Source of the DNA: Anaerolineales bacterium
GTDB taxonomy: Bacteria > Chloroflexota > Anaerolineae > Anaerolineales > UBA11579
Reading direction: 5' to 3'
Assembly: GCA_035291465.1 (NCBI GenBank)
Contig: DATDRZ010000129.1
Coordinates: forward strand, 34,656-98,655
Length of the DNA stretch: 64,000 bases
The notes beneath the pieces are model-generated. The model had not been told where the DNA came from and searched no databases. It saw nothing but the letters and a program-made list of their open reading frames with translations. This document shows positions 1 through 9,649 of the stretch, in pieces. Numbering within the stretch: position 1 is the stretch's first letter; every line of letters starts with the position of its first letter. A program made the translations under genes and the position numbers.

Positions 1-969
1 CAGGTAGCACGCTGGTCTCCTTCCCAGCTTATTCTCCTAGGCCATGGGGAAAACAGTATCTTTGAAATATTCGTAGAGCTACACAGCGATTATCCGGATT
101 TGGAACTCCAACCGGTAATTTCAGACATTCGGGATTTAGGCCGTTTATCAGCGGTGTTTAATCAATTCAAACCTGACATTGTTTTCCACACAGCCGCTCA
201 CAAACACGTTCCCTTGATGGAAGCAAATATTCCCGATGCGGTAACAAATAACATATTCGGAACAGAAAACGTGGTGGAATCGGCTCAAAAGGCAAAAGTT
301 CCTCGGCTTGTTATGGTTTCTACCGACAAGGCTGTGCAGCCGTCTAGCGTTTACGGTGCTACAAAACGCATCGCGGAATGGATTGTCCTTGATACTTCAA
401 ACCATGGGGCCTGGGCTTACTCTGTGGTTCGTTTTGGCAATGTGCTGGGCAGCCGGGGTAGCGTGGTGCCTCTATTCAAGCAGCAAATTGCAACAGGCGG
501 TCCGGTCACTATTACCCATCCAGAGATGGAACGTTACTTCATGACCATCCCGGAAGCTGTTCATTTAGTGCTGCAGGCTTCCGCCTTCGCTGAACAAGGC
601 AAACTTTATATGCTTGAGATGGGCAAACCTGTTCGGATCTTGGATTTAGCCAACGATCTGATTCGCCTTTCAGGGCTTGAGCCCGGCGAGGATATCCAGA
701 TTGAATTCAGCGGCCTGCGTCCCGGCGAGAAGCTTAGCGAGCAATTATTGGAGCAAGGCGCCGAATATAAGGACACCAGCCACCCGGACATTCGCCAGGT
801 TATCGAACCGGAGCAGTTAACCGGAGAGAAACTTCAAAGCGCGGTTTCCCAATTAATTGAAATGGCCGGGCGATCCAACGACAAGGAAATCATAAACCTT
901 CTAAATGAACTTTTGCCTGGTTCCGAAATTGGGAGTGCCCCTCCTCCGGACATTACCGCCATTGCATAG
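1..969 (+). CDS. Polysaccharide biosynthesis protein, CapD/PglF/WbpM-like NDP-sugar 4,6-dehydratase (C-terminal part; 5' end lies outside the window)
   Basis: Frame 1 is open from base 1 (QVARWSPSQLILLGHGENSIFEI...), so the listed TTG at 100 is internal. Carries the SDR catalytic region VSTDKAV...YGATKR and RFGNVLGSRGSV, both typical of the CapD family. Confidence 0.8.
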   Translation, partial: QVARWSPSQLILLGHGENSIFEIFVELHSDYPDLELQPVISDIRDLGRLSAVFNQFKPDIVFHTAAHKHVPLMEANIPDAVTNNIFGTENVVESAQKAKVPRLVMVSTDKAVQPSSVYGATKRIAEWIVLDTSNHGAWAYSVVRFGNVLGSRGSVVPLFKQQIATGGPVTITHPEMERYFMTIPEAVHLVLQASAFAEQGKLYMLEMGKPVRILDLANDLIRLSGLEPGEDIQIEFSGLRPGEKLSEQLLEQGAEYKDTSHPDIRQVIEPEQLTGEKLQSAVSQLIEMAGRSNDKEIINLLNELLPGSEIGSAPPPDITAIA

Positions 970-974
970 TCGGG

Positions 975-2099
975 ATGTATACAAGAATGCAAATAGAACC
1001 GAACAACTGGAATTCGCTGATCTCGCAGCTCCCGGACGCGCACCTTTTGCAAACCCGCGAATGGGCGGAGGCCAAAAAATTATTCGGCTGGGAAGCCCAT
1101 TACAAAACCTGGGAAGATTCCGAAGGCAACCTGACGGCCGCGGCCCAAATCCTTCAGCGTAGCTTTCGTATCCCCGGCACCGGGCGCAGAGTTTGCATGC
1201 TTTATTCGCCTAAAGGACCGCTACTGCGAGATTGGTCTGATCGTGACTTGCGCGTGCGAGTCCTTGCCGATCTGGCTGAGTTCGCTCTGTCAAAAGGCGC
1301 GTTTTTTATCAAAATCGACCCGGACGTCGATTTGGGCATTGAATTACCAAGCAAAATTGAGAGGGAGTCAACAGGTGCGTCATTGGTTAACGAGTTAAAT
1401 CAGAGTGGCTGGCGGTTTTCAAATGAGCAGGTGCAGATGCGCAACACTATGCTGATCGACTTGCGCAAATCGGAAGATGAACTGCTGGCTGCCATGAAGC
1501 AAAAGACCCGTTACAACCTGCGCCTGGCCGAGCGCAAAGGTGTCAAAATACGTAAAGGCGGCTCCCAGGATTTTTCACTCCTCTACCAAATGTACGCCGA
1601 GACCTCCGTGCGCGACGGCTTCGTCATACGTTCTGAGGCGTATTACCGCGCCGTCTGGGACCGCTTCTTCGCGGCCGGTATGTTGACTCCCCTGATTGCC
1701 GAAGTAGAAGGTGAGGGTGTCGCCGGCCTGATGCTCTTCATTTTCGGCGAGCAATCCTGGTATCTCTATGGGATGTCGCGCGACAAGGCTCGTGAATGGA
1801 TGCCCAACTATTTATTGCAGTGGGAGGCCATCAGAGCCAGTAAACAAGCCGGGTGCCACACTTACGATCTATGGGGAGCCCCGGATGAATTTAATGAAAG
1901 CGATCCCATGTGGGGTGTCTATCGTTTCAAAGTTGGCCTGGGAGCCTACGAGGCTCGTCGCATCGGCGCCTGGGACCTGCCTATCAGGCCCTTACTCTAC
2001 TCTATCTACACTCAGGTGTTGCCGCGTATCATTTCTGTCATGCAGTGGCGCGGCCGCCATGGAACCCGCCGTCAGGTTTTAGCTGGAGAACCAGGATGA
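975..2099 (+). CDS. FemAB-family peptidoglycan bridge-formation aminoacyltransferase (lipid II:amino acid transferase-like)
   Basis: 374 aa. Has HLLQTREWAEAKKLFGW and KQKTRYNLRLAERKGVKIR blocks typical of the FemA/FemB/FemX family. Confidence 0.8.
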   Translation: MYTRMQIEPNNWNSLISQLPDAHLLQTREWAEAKKLFGWEAHYKTWEDSEGNLTAAAQILQRSFRIPGTGRRVCMLYSPKGPLLRDWSDRDLRVRVLADLAEFALSKGAFFIKIDPDVDLGIELPSKIERESTGASLVNELNQSGWRFSNEQVQMRNTMLIDLRKSEDELLAAMKQKTRYNLRLAERKGVKIRKGGSQDFSLLYQMYAETSVRDGFVIRSEAYYRAVWDRFFAAGMLTPLIAEVEGEGVAGLMLFIFGEQSWYLYGMSRDKAREWMPNYLLQWEAIRASKQAGCHTYDLWGAPDEFNESDPMWGVYRFKVGLGAYEARRIGAWDLPIRPLLYSIYTQVLPRIISVMQWRGRHGTRRQVLAGEPG

Positions 2100-3070
2100 A
2101 GGCGATCCCGCGTGTCGGATTAGCCCAGTTACCCACTCCTGTGCACACAATGCCAAGGCTATCTGCTCACCTGGGGGGACCCGAGCTATGGATCAAGCGT
2201 GACGACCTTACGGGCCTGGCTTTCGGTGGCAATAAGACTCGCAAACTTGAGACTCTGTGCGCGGCCGCCCAGGCGGACAATGCCAACTTGTTGATCACTG
2301 CGGGAGCCATCCAATCCAATCATTGCCGACAAACAGCGGCTGCGGCTGCACGCTTAGGCCTCGGCTGCATGTTGGTCCTCGTGGGCCAACCGCCGGACAT
2401 GCCTTCGGCAAATCTATTGCTCGACCATCTGCTAGGTGCAGAGATTCGCTGGTCCACCAAAGCAACTCGAGACGAAATGCTTCATGCAGTCTTTGAGGAA
2501 ACAAAGGCTTCAGGGCGAAGGCCGTTTCTAATCCCTTATGGGGGATCAAACTCAACGGGGGCGGCTGCTTATGTATTAGCCTTGAAGGAATTAATTGACC
2601 AGGATGTCCGCCCAGATTGGATTGTCTTTGCAACCTCATCGGGCGGAACGCAGGCGGGGTTGCTGGCCGGTGCTAAACTCCTTGGCTACCAGGGCAATCT
2701 CCTTGGTATCAGTGTGGACGAACGGGCCAATGATCTGCGCCCGCGCATCGCTGAGCTGGCTGAAGAAACGATCACCGTCTTTGGAGAGCCGGCGGCGTTT
2801 TCAGAGAACGAGATCGCGGTGAATGACGATTATTTGGGCAACGGCTATGCCATTATGGGCGCGCCGGAACGCGAGGCCATCCAGCTGTTTGCCCAACAAG
2901 AGGGTATTTTTACCGACCCAGTGTACAGCGGTCGGGCTGCAGCGGGCTTGATCGATCTTGTTCTTAAGGGTCTCTTTAAAAACGACCACCGCGTGCTGTT
3001 CTGGCACACTGGCGGAACCCCTGCTTTGTTTACGGACACCTACCAAAAGGAATTAGGAGCTATTCGATAA
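2096..3070 (+). CDS. PLP-dependent D-cysteine desulfhydrase / ACC deaminase family protein
   Basis: Start taken at ATG 2096, overlapping the upstream stop (ATGA). WIKRDDLTGLAFGGNKTRKLE contains the PLP-lysine motif of the DcyD/AcdS family. The listed ORF start at 1910 is an N-terminal overextension. Confidence 0.8.
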   Translation: MKAIPRVGLAQLPTPVHTMPRLSAHLGGPELWIKRDDLTGLAFGGNKTRKLETLCAAAQADNANLLITAGAIQSNHCRQTAAAAARLGLGCMLVLVGQPPDMPSANLLLDHLLGAEIRWSTKATRDEMLHAVFEETKASGRRPFLIPYGGSNSTGAAAYVLALKELIDQDVRPDWIVFATSSGGTQAGLLAGAKLLGYQGNLLGISVDERANDLRPRIAELAEETITVFGEPAAFSENEIAVNDDYLGNGYAIMGAPEREAIQLFAQQEGIFTDPVYSGRAAAGLIDLVLKGLFKNDHRVLFWHTGGTPALFTDTYQKELGAIR

Positions 3071-3694
3071 TCCGCGGGTTGGGAAAAGCTGGCGATAGCG
3101 CCGGGCGATCGATCGAATCGCTTTATCGATTCGCTTGCGATTTTCGGGGACCTGGTGCCAGCGGCTGGCTCCTGAAGGATGCGGGAGCGGCACGATCCAA
3201 CGCCCATCCTGGTGCAATTCAGTTCCGATCAATTCCTCGAGTGAGTTATCGGTGCCAAAAAACCTTTCAATTGCTAACCGGCCAATCGGGATAATTAATT
3301 TTGGATTGATAAGCTTTAGCTCTTCTTCTAGAAAATGGCGACACAGCTCTTGTTCCGCACGTGAGGGCACTCGATCGCCCCCGCCGTTTTTCATCTTTCC
3401 CGGAAAGCATTTCGTCACCGCGGTCATATATTGCGTACTGCGAAACCAATCTTCATCGATCCCCGCCTTTCCCAACCATTGAAAAAGACGCTTACCGCTG
3501 CCCGCGTTGAATGGCCGGCCAGCTTCGACTTCTGTGATGCCAGGCGCCTGCCCGATGGTCATAATCTTCGCGCCCAGTTTTCCTTTCGTGATCGCAGGTG
3601 GCTGCACAAAATAGCCCGCTTGAAGGCAAACCCGGCAAGCTCGCATCTCACGCTGTAGCAACTCAAAGCGATTTTGGCGCAAGCTTGATTTCAA
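3053..3694 (-). CDS. Uracil-DNA glycosylase family protein (family 4/5-like)
   Basis: GQAPG...RPFNAGSGKRL near the N-terminus and LPHPSGASRW near the C-terminus match UDG superfamily motifs A and B. Confidence 0.75.
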   Translation of the reverse strand: MKSSLRQNRFELLQREMRACRVCLQAGYFVQPPAITKGKLGAKIMTIGQAPGITEVEAGRPFNAGSGKRLFQWLGKAGIDEDWFRSTQYMTAVTKCFPGKMKNGGGDRVPSRAEQELCRHFLEEELKLINPKLIIPIGRLAIERFFGTDNSLEELIGTELHQDGRWIVPLPHPSGASRWHQVPENRKRIDKAIRSIARRYRQLFPTRGLSNSS

Positions 3695-3712
3695 ACAAAC
3701 TCCGGTCTTAGC

Positions 3713-4102
3713 TTATTTCGACGAAAAAAACTCGGCGGCCCGCACCCAAAGCGGTGGGCCGAGCACTAGAATGCCGATCATGACTGCTGCGAGGGCAGCG
3801 ATTACGACAAAAGCGGCGCTTACGTCTTTAGCGACCTTGGCCAAAGAATGGTGATCTGGACTGACCAAATCGACTACGACTTCGATGGCTGTGTTAGCAA
3901 ATTCGGAGAGCCATACCATGGTCATTGCGAGCACAATCAGCGCCCAGCTACCAAAGTCCAAGTGCATCCATAACCCGGCGGCAATCACCACCAGGCTAAT
4001 CACTGCGTGGATTTTGGCATTAGGCTGCGTATGCCAAACATACCGGAAACCTTCAAGTGCAGGTCGGAACGAAGCCAGGCGACTGCGGAAGAAATTTCGC
4101 AT
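3713..4102 (-). CDS. dgkA: Diacylglycerol kinase family membrane protein
   Basis: 129 aa with 3 TM helices. Has the SEFANTAIEVVVD motif (ELLNSAIE-like) and the classic position after ybeY. Confidence 0.8.
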   Translation of the reverse strand: MRNFFRSRLASFRPALEGFRYVWHTQPNAKIHAVISLVVIAAGLWMHLDFGSWALIVLAMTMVWLSEFANTAIEVVVDLVSPDHHSLAKVAKDVSAAFVVIAALAAVMIGILVLGPPLWVRAAEFFSSK

Positions 4103-4104
4103 TG

Positions 4105-4575
4105 CTAAGAACTGGAACGAGCCGTTACGGCATTATCGACATCTATCCTCACCCCCAAATTGCGCAAAATCTCATCCTGCACCGCCCACATCTTTTTTTT
4201 CCTGTTCGGAGTGTCATGGTCATGCCCCAAAAGGTGGAGCACCCCGTGGACCACGAGTAACTGCAATTCATCGTTCAGTGAATGCCCGGCGGCGCTTGCC
4301 TGATGTCTTGCGCGGGGCAAGGAAATCACTATATCACCTAAGTACCCGGCTCCGTTCATCATGGGACTACCTGCAGGGAACGAGAGAACGTCCGTGGGTT
4401 GGTTAATCCCGCGAAACTGCTTGTTGAGGCGGCGCATTTTTTTGTCGCCCATTATCACAAGCGACAAATCACTCATTTCCTCCCCCAGGTAAGCCAGTGC
4501 AGCTTCTGCCGCACGGGTGAGCAGTTTTTCTATTTTAAGTTTGTTGTATCCCGACTCGGCCGAAAAATGAATCAT
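4105..4575 (-). CDS. ybeY: rRNA maturation RNase YbeY
   Basis: HGVLHLLGHDHD zinc-binding motif. Its start overlaps the upstream gene stop. Confidence 0.9.
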   Translation of the reverse strand: MIHFSAESGYNKLKIEKLLTRAAEAALAYLGEEMSDLSLVIMGDKKMRRLNKQFRGINQPTDVLSFPAGSPMMNGAGYLGDIVISLPRARHQASAAGHSLNDELQLLVVHGVLHLLGHDHDTPNRKKKMWAVQDEILRNLGVRIDVDNAVTARSSS

Positions 4576-6713
4576 GACTTTGGATTGGGGTTTTTCAACG
4601 CAGGTTGGGCATCCAACGCGCCCATGGTTTGTTCATCCAACTCAGGATAAATGAGTCGCGGATGGTAAACGCCTCGTAATCCGGAGACGTAGGATTCCAA
4701 TACCAGCTTCAAGTCGCGCATCGTTAAACCCGTGTCATCCAACTGACCCTGCGCCAGGCGATTATCGATGACGCTCTTAACCAAGTGGCGCAACTCTTCT
4801 CTCGTTTCGGGTCGCTCGGCGCGCGTGCGCGCTTCACTCCCATCGGCTAGCATGACCAATGCGGTCTCCCGAGATTGAGGGATCGGCCCCGGATATTGGA
4901 AGTCGACTTTATTAATCTTCTTCTCGTTTCCTCCAGCGGCTTCAAGCGCCCTGGCATACTGGTAACGAGTGATCAACGTGCCATGATGTTCGGCGATAAA
5001 GTCGGTAATACGCTTCGGCAGGCGATGCTTGGCCGCCAGTTCCAAGCCATCCGGTACGTGGCGTAAAATCATTTTGGCGCTTTCTTTGGGACTAAGAGAA
5101 TCATGTGGGTTGGTGCTGCCGTGTACCTGGTTCTCGATGAAATAATGTGGCTGCCGCGCCTTGCCAGTGTCGTGGTAGAGAGAGCCCACTCGAGTTAACA
5201 ACGCGTCTGCGCCGATGGCCTCCGCGGCCTGCTCCGACAAGTTGGCGATTAGGAGGCTGTGCTGGTAGGTGCCGGGTGCGTTGCGCAGGATGAATTGCAG
5301 CAGGGGATGATCGGGTCTGGCCAGTTCGAGTAATTGAATGGTTGTCGTAAGACCCAGCCAGTGCGCCAAAAACAATTGCAGGACGATAGTTAAACTCGCG
5401 GCGATCAACCCATTGAGTGCCGCTGCTCCAAGCAGGGTAAGCATCCCAAGCAAATCCGTCGAGGCCAACGGGAGCCGGTAAGCGATAATGACCGCCGCGC
5501 TGGCTACGCCCACGGCGGCGCCCGACCAGAAAAACGCCATCACACGCTGGGTGCGTCGGAGGAAAAGGACTCCAAACAACGTTCCCAGGAAGTAATACAA
5601 AGTCAGGTCGAACGCATTCGGCAAGTTGTAAGCAGCTAGCACGCTGAGAATAAATCCAAATACGATTGCAGCCTGCGTGCTGAACAGGCTTGCTACCAGC
5701 AGACCAAAGCTTGCAATCGGAAAGATGTATGGGATCACCGTTCGGTCGACAATTGTCAGACGAGCCGCGAATAGAAACACGACAAACAGTACGGCCGTTA
5801 ATACCAACCCGCGTAAATTCTCAACCAAGCCCGGCCGGTATAAAAGATAGAGGATGACCAACAAAAAGGCAGCCAGCGTAATGGCCCCAGCAGCAACATA
5901 ATCCTGCCAGCGCGCTTCGGGCTGGACTAATCCGAATTCCTGAAGAGCCTCCAGGTCTTCTTCGTTGATGACTTGGCCGCGCTGGACGATGATCTCGTCG
6001 CTCAAAAAGGTTCGTACCACGGGCTGGACTGCAGAGCGTGCTGCTTCGCGTGCAGCCTGTGTCAGGCTGTCTGAATAGAAGCTGTTGGGAATCACGAAAG
6101 CCGCGGCCAGTTCTGCAATCAGACGCGCCTGCTCTTGTGGTATCGAAAGACTTACCAACGCCGGGATGCTCTGCCTGGCTTCTTCAAGACGATTCTGACG
6201 AATTGTGTTACGCATCACTTGCTCCAGCACGACAATCGTCTCTTGCTGGATATTTTGCCAGGCGCTCTCGTCAAGCAGGAGGAGGGCTTGTGCGCTCTCC
6301 TGTCTCAGGTTCATGCTCTGTAAAGCCGAGAGGTCACTGATTTTCTGTTCCAGAGAAGCGAAACTATCCTGCCGCACCGTGTTGATGAAATTGAGTGCAA
6401 TGCGCAGGCGATCAAGTTGTTCGCGGGCCACATCGGCATCGGCAGGCCCGTAAACCGGCGCCACCGCATTTGCAGCTTCTTCGCGTTGTTGCAAAGTGAG
6501 AACTTCGCTCTGATAGCTGAGTGTTTGAGTGGCCAAAATATCCTGGCCGGCCACATCACCCACTTGCAGGCGCAGGCTGGCTTGCGTCGCAGTAAAGGGC
6601 AGGATCAGAACTGCAAACGACAGCGCAACACAAGCCAGCCACATCACAATCAGGAAAGTGCGGCGGCGGCTCGACCAGCGGGGTTCTCGCTGGAGACTGG
6701 TTTGATCAACCAT
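4572..6713 (-). CDS. 7TM-HD membrane phosphohydrolase (HDIG domain; PgpH/YqfF-like)
   Basis: 713 aa with an N-terminal extracellular region, about 7 TM helices, and a C-terminal HD domain (HSLLIANL...YHDTGK...HH). Conserved yqfF-ybeY-dgkA order. Confidence 0.85.
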   Translation of the reverse strand: MVDQTSLQREPRWSSRRRTFLIVMWLACVALSFAVLILPFTATQASLRLQVGDVAGQDILATQTLSYQSEVLTLQQREEAANAVAPVYGPADADVAREQLDRLRIALNFINTVRQDSFASLEQKISDLSALQSMNLRQESAQALLLLDESAWQNIQQETIVVLEQVMRNTIRQNRLEEARQSIPALVSLSIPQEQARLIAELAAAFVIPNSFYSDSLTQAAREAARSAVQPVVRTFLSDEIIVQRGQVINEEDLEALQEFGLVQPEARWQDYVAAGAITLAAFLLVILYLLYRPGLVENLRGLVLTAVLFVVFLFAARLTIVDRTVIPYIFPIASFGLLVASLFSTQAAIVFGFILSVLAAYNLPNAFDLTLYYFLGTLFGVLFLRRTQRVMAFFWSGAAVGVASAAVIIAYRLPLASTDLLGMLTLLGAAALNGLIAASLTIVLQLFLAHWLGLTTTIQLLELARPDHPLLQFILRNAPGTYQHSLLIANLSEQAAEAIGADALLTRVGSLYHDTGKARQPHYFIENQVHGSTNPHDSLSPKESAKMILRHVPDGLELAAKHRLPKRITDFIAEHHGTLITRYQYARALEAAGGNEKKINKVDFQYPGPIPQSRETALVMLADGSEARTRAERPETREELRHLVKSVIDNRLAQGQLDDTGLTMRDLKLVLESYVSGLRGVYHPRLIYPELDEQTMGALDAQPALKNPNPKS

Positions 6714-6727
6714 ACTTTGAAAACGAA

Positions 6728-7174
6728 TTAACCTTGCAGCCTGCTTCGAACGAGTTGGCTGACCTGTCCCCCATCCGCGCGGCCCTGCACCTTAGGCAGT
6801 ACCGCCTTCATCACTTTGCCCATATCCGCGGGTGTGCTGGCGCCTATTTCAGCGATGGCAGCCTGGACGATGGCCTCAAGCTCTTGCTCACTCAAACCTT
6901 TTGGCAAGAATCCTTCAAGGACCTTCATCTCTGCTTTGGCATTCTCCACCAGGTCCTGGCGGTTTGCCTTCTCGGCTTCGGCCAGCGCCTCCTGCCGAGC
7001 TCTGACTTCCTTCTGAAGGATTGCTAATATCGCGGGATCATCCAGTTCACCCATCTTTTGGACTTCGGCTTCTTTGATCGCAGTCAGCGCCACGCGCAAA
7101 GTGCTCTTGCGCACCGCGTCATTGGCGCGCATGGCGTCTTTAAGGGCAGCTTCTAAGTCTTTTTTTACCGCCAT
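6728..7174 (-). CDS. GatB/YqeY domain-containing protein
   Basis: 148 aa. LKDAMRANDAVRKSTLRVALTAIKEAEV and MGKVMKAVLPKVQGRADG are typical YqeY blocks. Confidence 0.85.
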   Translation of the reverse strand: MAVKKDLEAALKDAMRANDAVRKSTLRVALTAIKEAEVQKMGELDDPAILAILQKEVRARQEALAEAEKANRQDLVENAKAEMKVLEGFLPKGLSEQELEAIVQAAIAEIGASTPADMGKVMKAVLPKVQGRADGGQVSQLVRSRLQG

Positions 7175-7181
7175 GAAAGAA

Positions 7182-7187
7182 ATTATA
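7182..7187 (-). promoter_or_regulatory. -10 box (TATAAT on minus strand), 7 nt upstream of the yqeY ATG; predicts a leaderless mRNA
   Basis: Minus strand reads AGGTATAAT-TTCTTTC-ATG, with no SD possible. Confidence 0.5.
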
Positions 7188-7213
7188 CCTTGCGGACGGG
7201 TATCGCCCTTGAG

Positions 7214-7561
7214 TCAGCCCATAGGGTGTTTCATGCGGTGACCGCCCAGCAAATGCATATGCATATGCATCACCACCTGGTTGCCATCCGAGCCGGAATT
7301 CATAATCAACCGGTATCCGCTGTCAGCCACGCCTTCTTCCCTGGCAATTCCGGGCACTACGGTGAGCATTCGAGCAGCTACCGCGGCGTGCTCGGCATTG
7401 AGATCATTGGCGTTCACCAAATGTTCGTTCGGAACGATGAGAATATGTGTGGGCGCCAAGGGGTTAATGTCTCGAAAGGCGGTAACCAAATCATCACGGT
7501 ACACCTGATTGGAGGGCACCTCACCGCGGACAATTTTGCAGAATATGCATTCGTCAATCAT
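7214..7561 (-). CDS. HIT-family (histidine triad) nucleotide-binding protein
   Basis: CIFCKI...HMHMHLLGG histidine triad. ATG at 7561 is preceded by GGAG. The TTG at 7573 in the ORF track is less likely. Confidence 0.9.
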   Translation of the reverse strand: MIDECIFCKIVRGEVPSNQVYRDDLVTAFRDINPLAPTHILIVPNEHLVNANDLNAEHAAVAARMLTVVPGIAREEGVADSGYRLIMNSGSDGNQVVMHMHMHLLGGHRMKHPMG

Positions 7562-7653
7562 AAAGGTCTCCAAAAAAGGAAGGTATGCAAGCAGTGTGCA
7601 TAGCTTCCATCTTAGATTTTCATTTTGGAGACAGTCAACCCCCTGGCAGCGGC

Positions 7654-8277
7654 CTACGGTGCAGAGGCGACGAAATTGTCGAACAACACGTCTGTTCCGG
7701 CCAGATCAAAGGTGCCGGCATATAAACCCACGTCGCCGCTTGCGATCGTACTGTCACTTACTTCGCCCAGTAGTTCACCGTTCGCATACAAGGTCAATGT
7801 AGAACCTACGCAATCCAAGCGGATATGGTTGCTTTCGCTACCAAGGTGGATGGCTTCACTGGCTTGAAACTGGTCATAACCGATCATCTGCAGATCGTTG
7901 CCATCAGAACGGCGCCAAAACCCAAAGAACCCGTCGCTGCTGATTACTGCGGCGTAGTAGCTGCCGGGGTCGGCATGGCGGCAGATGACGCCGAATTCGT
8001 TGTCATCGGGACCGGCGACTTTCCTAACATCGACCTCAATGCTCACGTCCGCATAAGATCCTTTGTTGGGGTTAGCCCAAATCGAGTAGTTGGTTTCATC
8101 CACAAAGATGCGATAGCCGCCATCTTGATAATCAGTGGAACCTTCCACTTCGTTTACACGATCCCAACCACTATTGGGGTCAGAAAAATCGTCGCGCAAT
8201 GGAAGTCCTGTGGCCCCGCTACAAGCGGAGACAACTAAAACCAAAAAGGCGATTACTGCTACATTACGCGTTTGCAT
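7654..8277 (-). CDS. Hypothetical lipoprotein with a jelly-roll/LamG-like (DUF1080-like) domain
   Basis: Signal peptide plus lipobox (LVVSAC). SD GGAGAG lies upstream. The fold assignment is only a guess from composition. Confidence 0.55.
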   Translation of the reverse strand: MQTRNVAVIAFLVLVVSACSGATGLPLRDDFSDPNSGWDRVNEVEGSTDYQDGGYRIFVDETNYSIWANPNKGSYADVSIEVDVRKVAGPDDNEFGVICRHADPGSYYAAVISSDGFFGFWRRSDGNDLQMIGYDQFQASEAIHLGSESNHIRLDCVGSTLTLYANGELLGEVSDSTIASGDVGLYAGTFDLAGTDVLFDNFVASAP

Positions 8278-8332
8278 GTTCTCTCCAATCTGGAAAAGAA
8301 TAAAGTCATTCTAGCACGATAAAGGGGACACC

Positions 8333-9397
8333 CTAACGCGAATATCGGACGATCAGCTCACTGGCCAGTTTAGCTTCTTGACTGCCAGGCGATAACTCGA
8401 TCACTTTGTTCAAGTGGGCTAGAGCCTGGTCGGTTTCTTCATTGGCCAGCAGGAACAGGCCGAAATAGTAATGAGCGGGTCCGAATTCTGGATAAAGCTT
8501 CACCGCTTGTTCCAGGTAGACCCTGCCTGCGATTTTGTTGCCTAATGATGAATATGCTCGGCCTACCAGCACCATGGCCTCGGCATTTTCCGGTTGCTCG
8601 CGCAGCACTCGCAAGGCGGCTGACAGGCCAAGCTCTTCCACAAATAACTCTGACCCTATGGAAAATCGGGCTACATAAGTCCAAGTGCCCAGATCGTCCG
8701 GCGAAAGTTGGGCGGCTGCATCGAAGTGCTCCCGAGCTTCGTTGACGTCGCCCGCAAGCAATGCATTCTGCCCCCATTGGAGTTGTATCGAAGCATTATC
8801 TGGTTCATGGGAGGCGGCGCGGTGGTAGAGCAATCCTGCTCTCAGGTAATCCTGCTGCCGCTGCCAGTACAAAGCGGTAAACAGCAGAGCCGATAGGGAT
8901 TCGGGATTGAGGTCCAGCGATCTTCGAAGTGAAGGATACCCATCCTCGCCATTTTGTTGCTGAGCCTCTCCCAGATAAGCCCACGCTTCTGCGTATTCCG
9001 GATCAAGTTGCACCGCTTTTAGCAAGGCGTTCTGTGCAAGCTTCCATTCGCCGAAGGCGGCCAGCGCCTGACCGCTGGCAGTAAAGAGGTAGGCGCGGTC
9101 ATCGGCCAGGCGGGCAGATCGGATGGCTTGTGTCAGAGTACGCGCAGACTCGGCCAGGGGATGCGATGAGAAGGCTACTTCTTCCAGTAATGACAACGCT
9201 GCCAAAGGGTCGGTCGCCATAAGCTGCACTCCTTGCTGGTAACTCAAGTCCAAGGGATCTGCGGTTGGTACCAATGTTGGGGTTGGAATGGGCCCGGGAA
9301 CCGGAAGCCAGGTTCTCAGGAAGGTATTGGGGAGAAGGATCAAGATCATTCCAATCAGGATGCCGATCCACCCGTGGCGTTTTAGCATTTTCACCAT
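8333..9397 (-). CDS. Membrane-anchored TPR-repeat protein
   Basis: N-terminal TM helix followed by repeated A..Y..G/AW..LG TPR-like 34-mers. The start is ambiguous (ATG 9397, GTG 9394 or ATG 9385). Confidence 0.7.
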   Translation of the reverse strand: MVKMLKRHGWIGILIGMILILLPNTFLRTWLPVPGPIPTPTLVPTADPLDLSYQQGVQLMATDPLAALSLLEEVAFSSHPLAESARTLTQAIRSARLADDRAYLFTASGQALAAFGEWKLAQNALLKAVQLDPEYAEAWAYLGEAQQQNGEDGYPSLRRSLDLNPESLSALLFTALYWQRQQDYLRAGLLYHRAASHEPDNASIQLQWGQNALLAGDVNEAREHFDAAAQLSPDDLGTWTYVARFSIGSELFVEELGLSAALRVLREQPENAEAMVLVGRAYSSLGNKIAGRVYLEQAVKLYPEFGPAHYYFGLFLLANEETDQALAHLNKVIELSPGSQEAKLASELIVRYSR

Positions 9398-9401
9398 CGC
9401 G

Positions 9402-9407
9402 ATTATA
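9402..9407 (-). promoter_or_regulatory. -10 box (TATAAT, minus strand) 4-7 nt upstream of candidate starts of the TPR gene
   Basis: Minus strand reads TATAAT-CGCG-ATG-GTG. Confidence 0.4.
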
Positions 9408-9593
9408 CGAGTCGGGCAAACAAGATAATGTTACCTTTTCTGGCGGAGGCGGTCATCATCACTTGATAGGGGATGTTCTCACTTACTCCGTTTGCCTGCT
9501 TGATTAAAGCACAAGCTGCAAAGTTGTTCATTTCCTGATGATGTTTGACAAGTCGGTTGCACAGGGACGTGGAAGGGTTAAAAACCCTCGCGG

Positions 9594-9599
9594 TATAAT
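9594..9599 (+). promoter_or_regulatory. -10 box TATAAT upstream of the acyl-CoA dehydrogenase gene
   Basis: GGTATAATG lies 50 nt upstream of ATG 9650. SD AAGAGG is present. Confidence 0.4.
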
Positions 9600-9649
9600 G
9601 CCCCCGCTGTCCTACATTTTGCAAGCCGATAAGATCCCCAAGAGGTTTA

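Noticed and set aside
1910-2095. N-terminal extensions suggested by the ORF track. Examples are 1910 for dcyD-like, 52597 for radC, 42865 for DUF4173, 59001 for the PNPOx-like gene, 48145 for uvrB, 23858 for tatA and 48202 for secG.
   Set aside because: The extensions overlap upstream genes, terminators or -10 boxes. They lack family-typical sequence. Internal ATGs with an SD, or with -10 spacing of 6-9 nt, give canonical N-termini.
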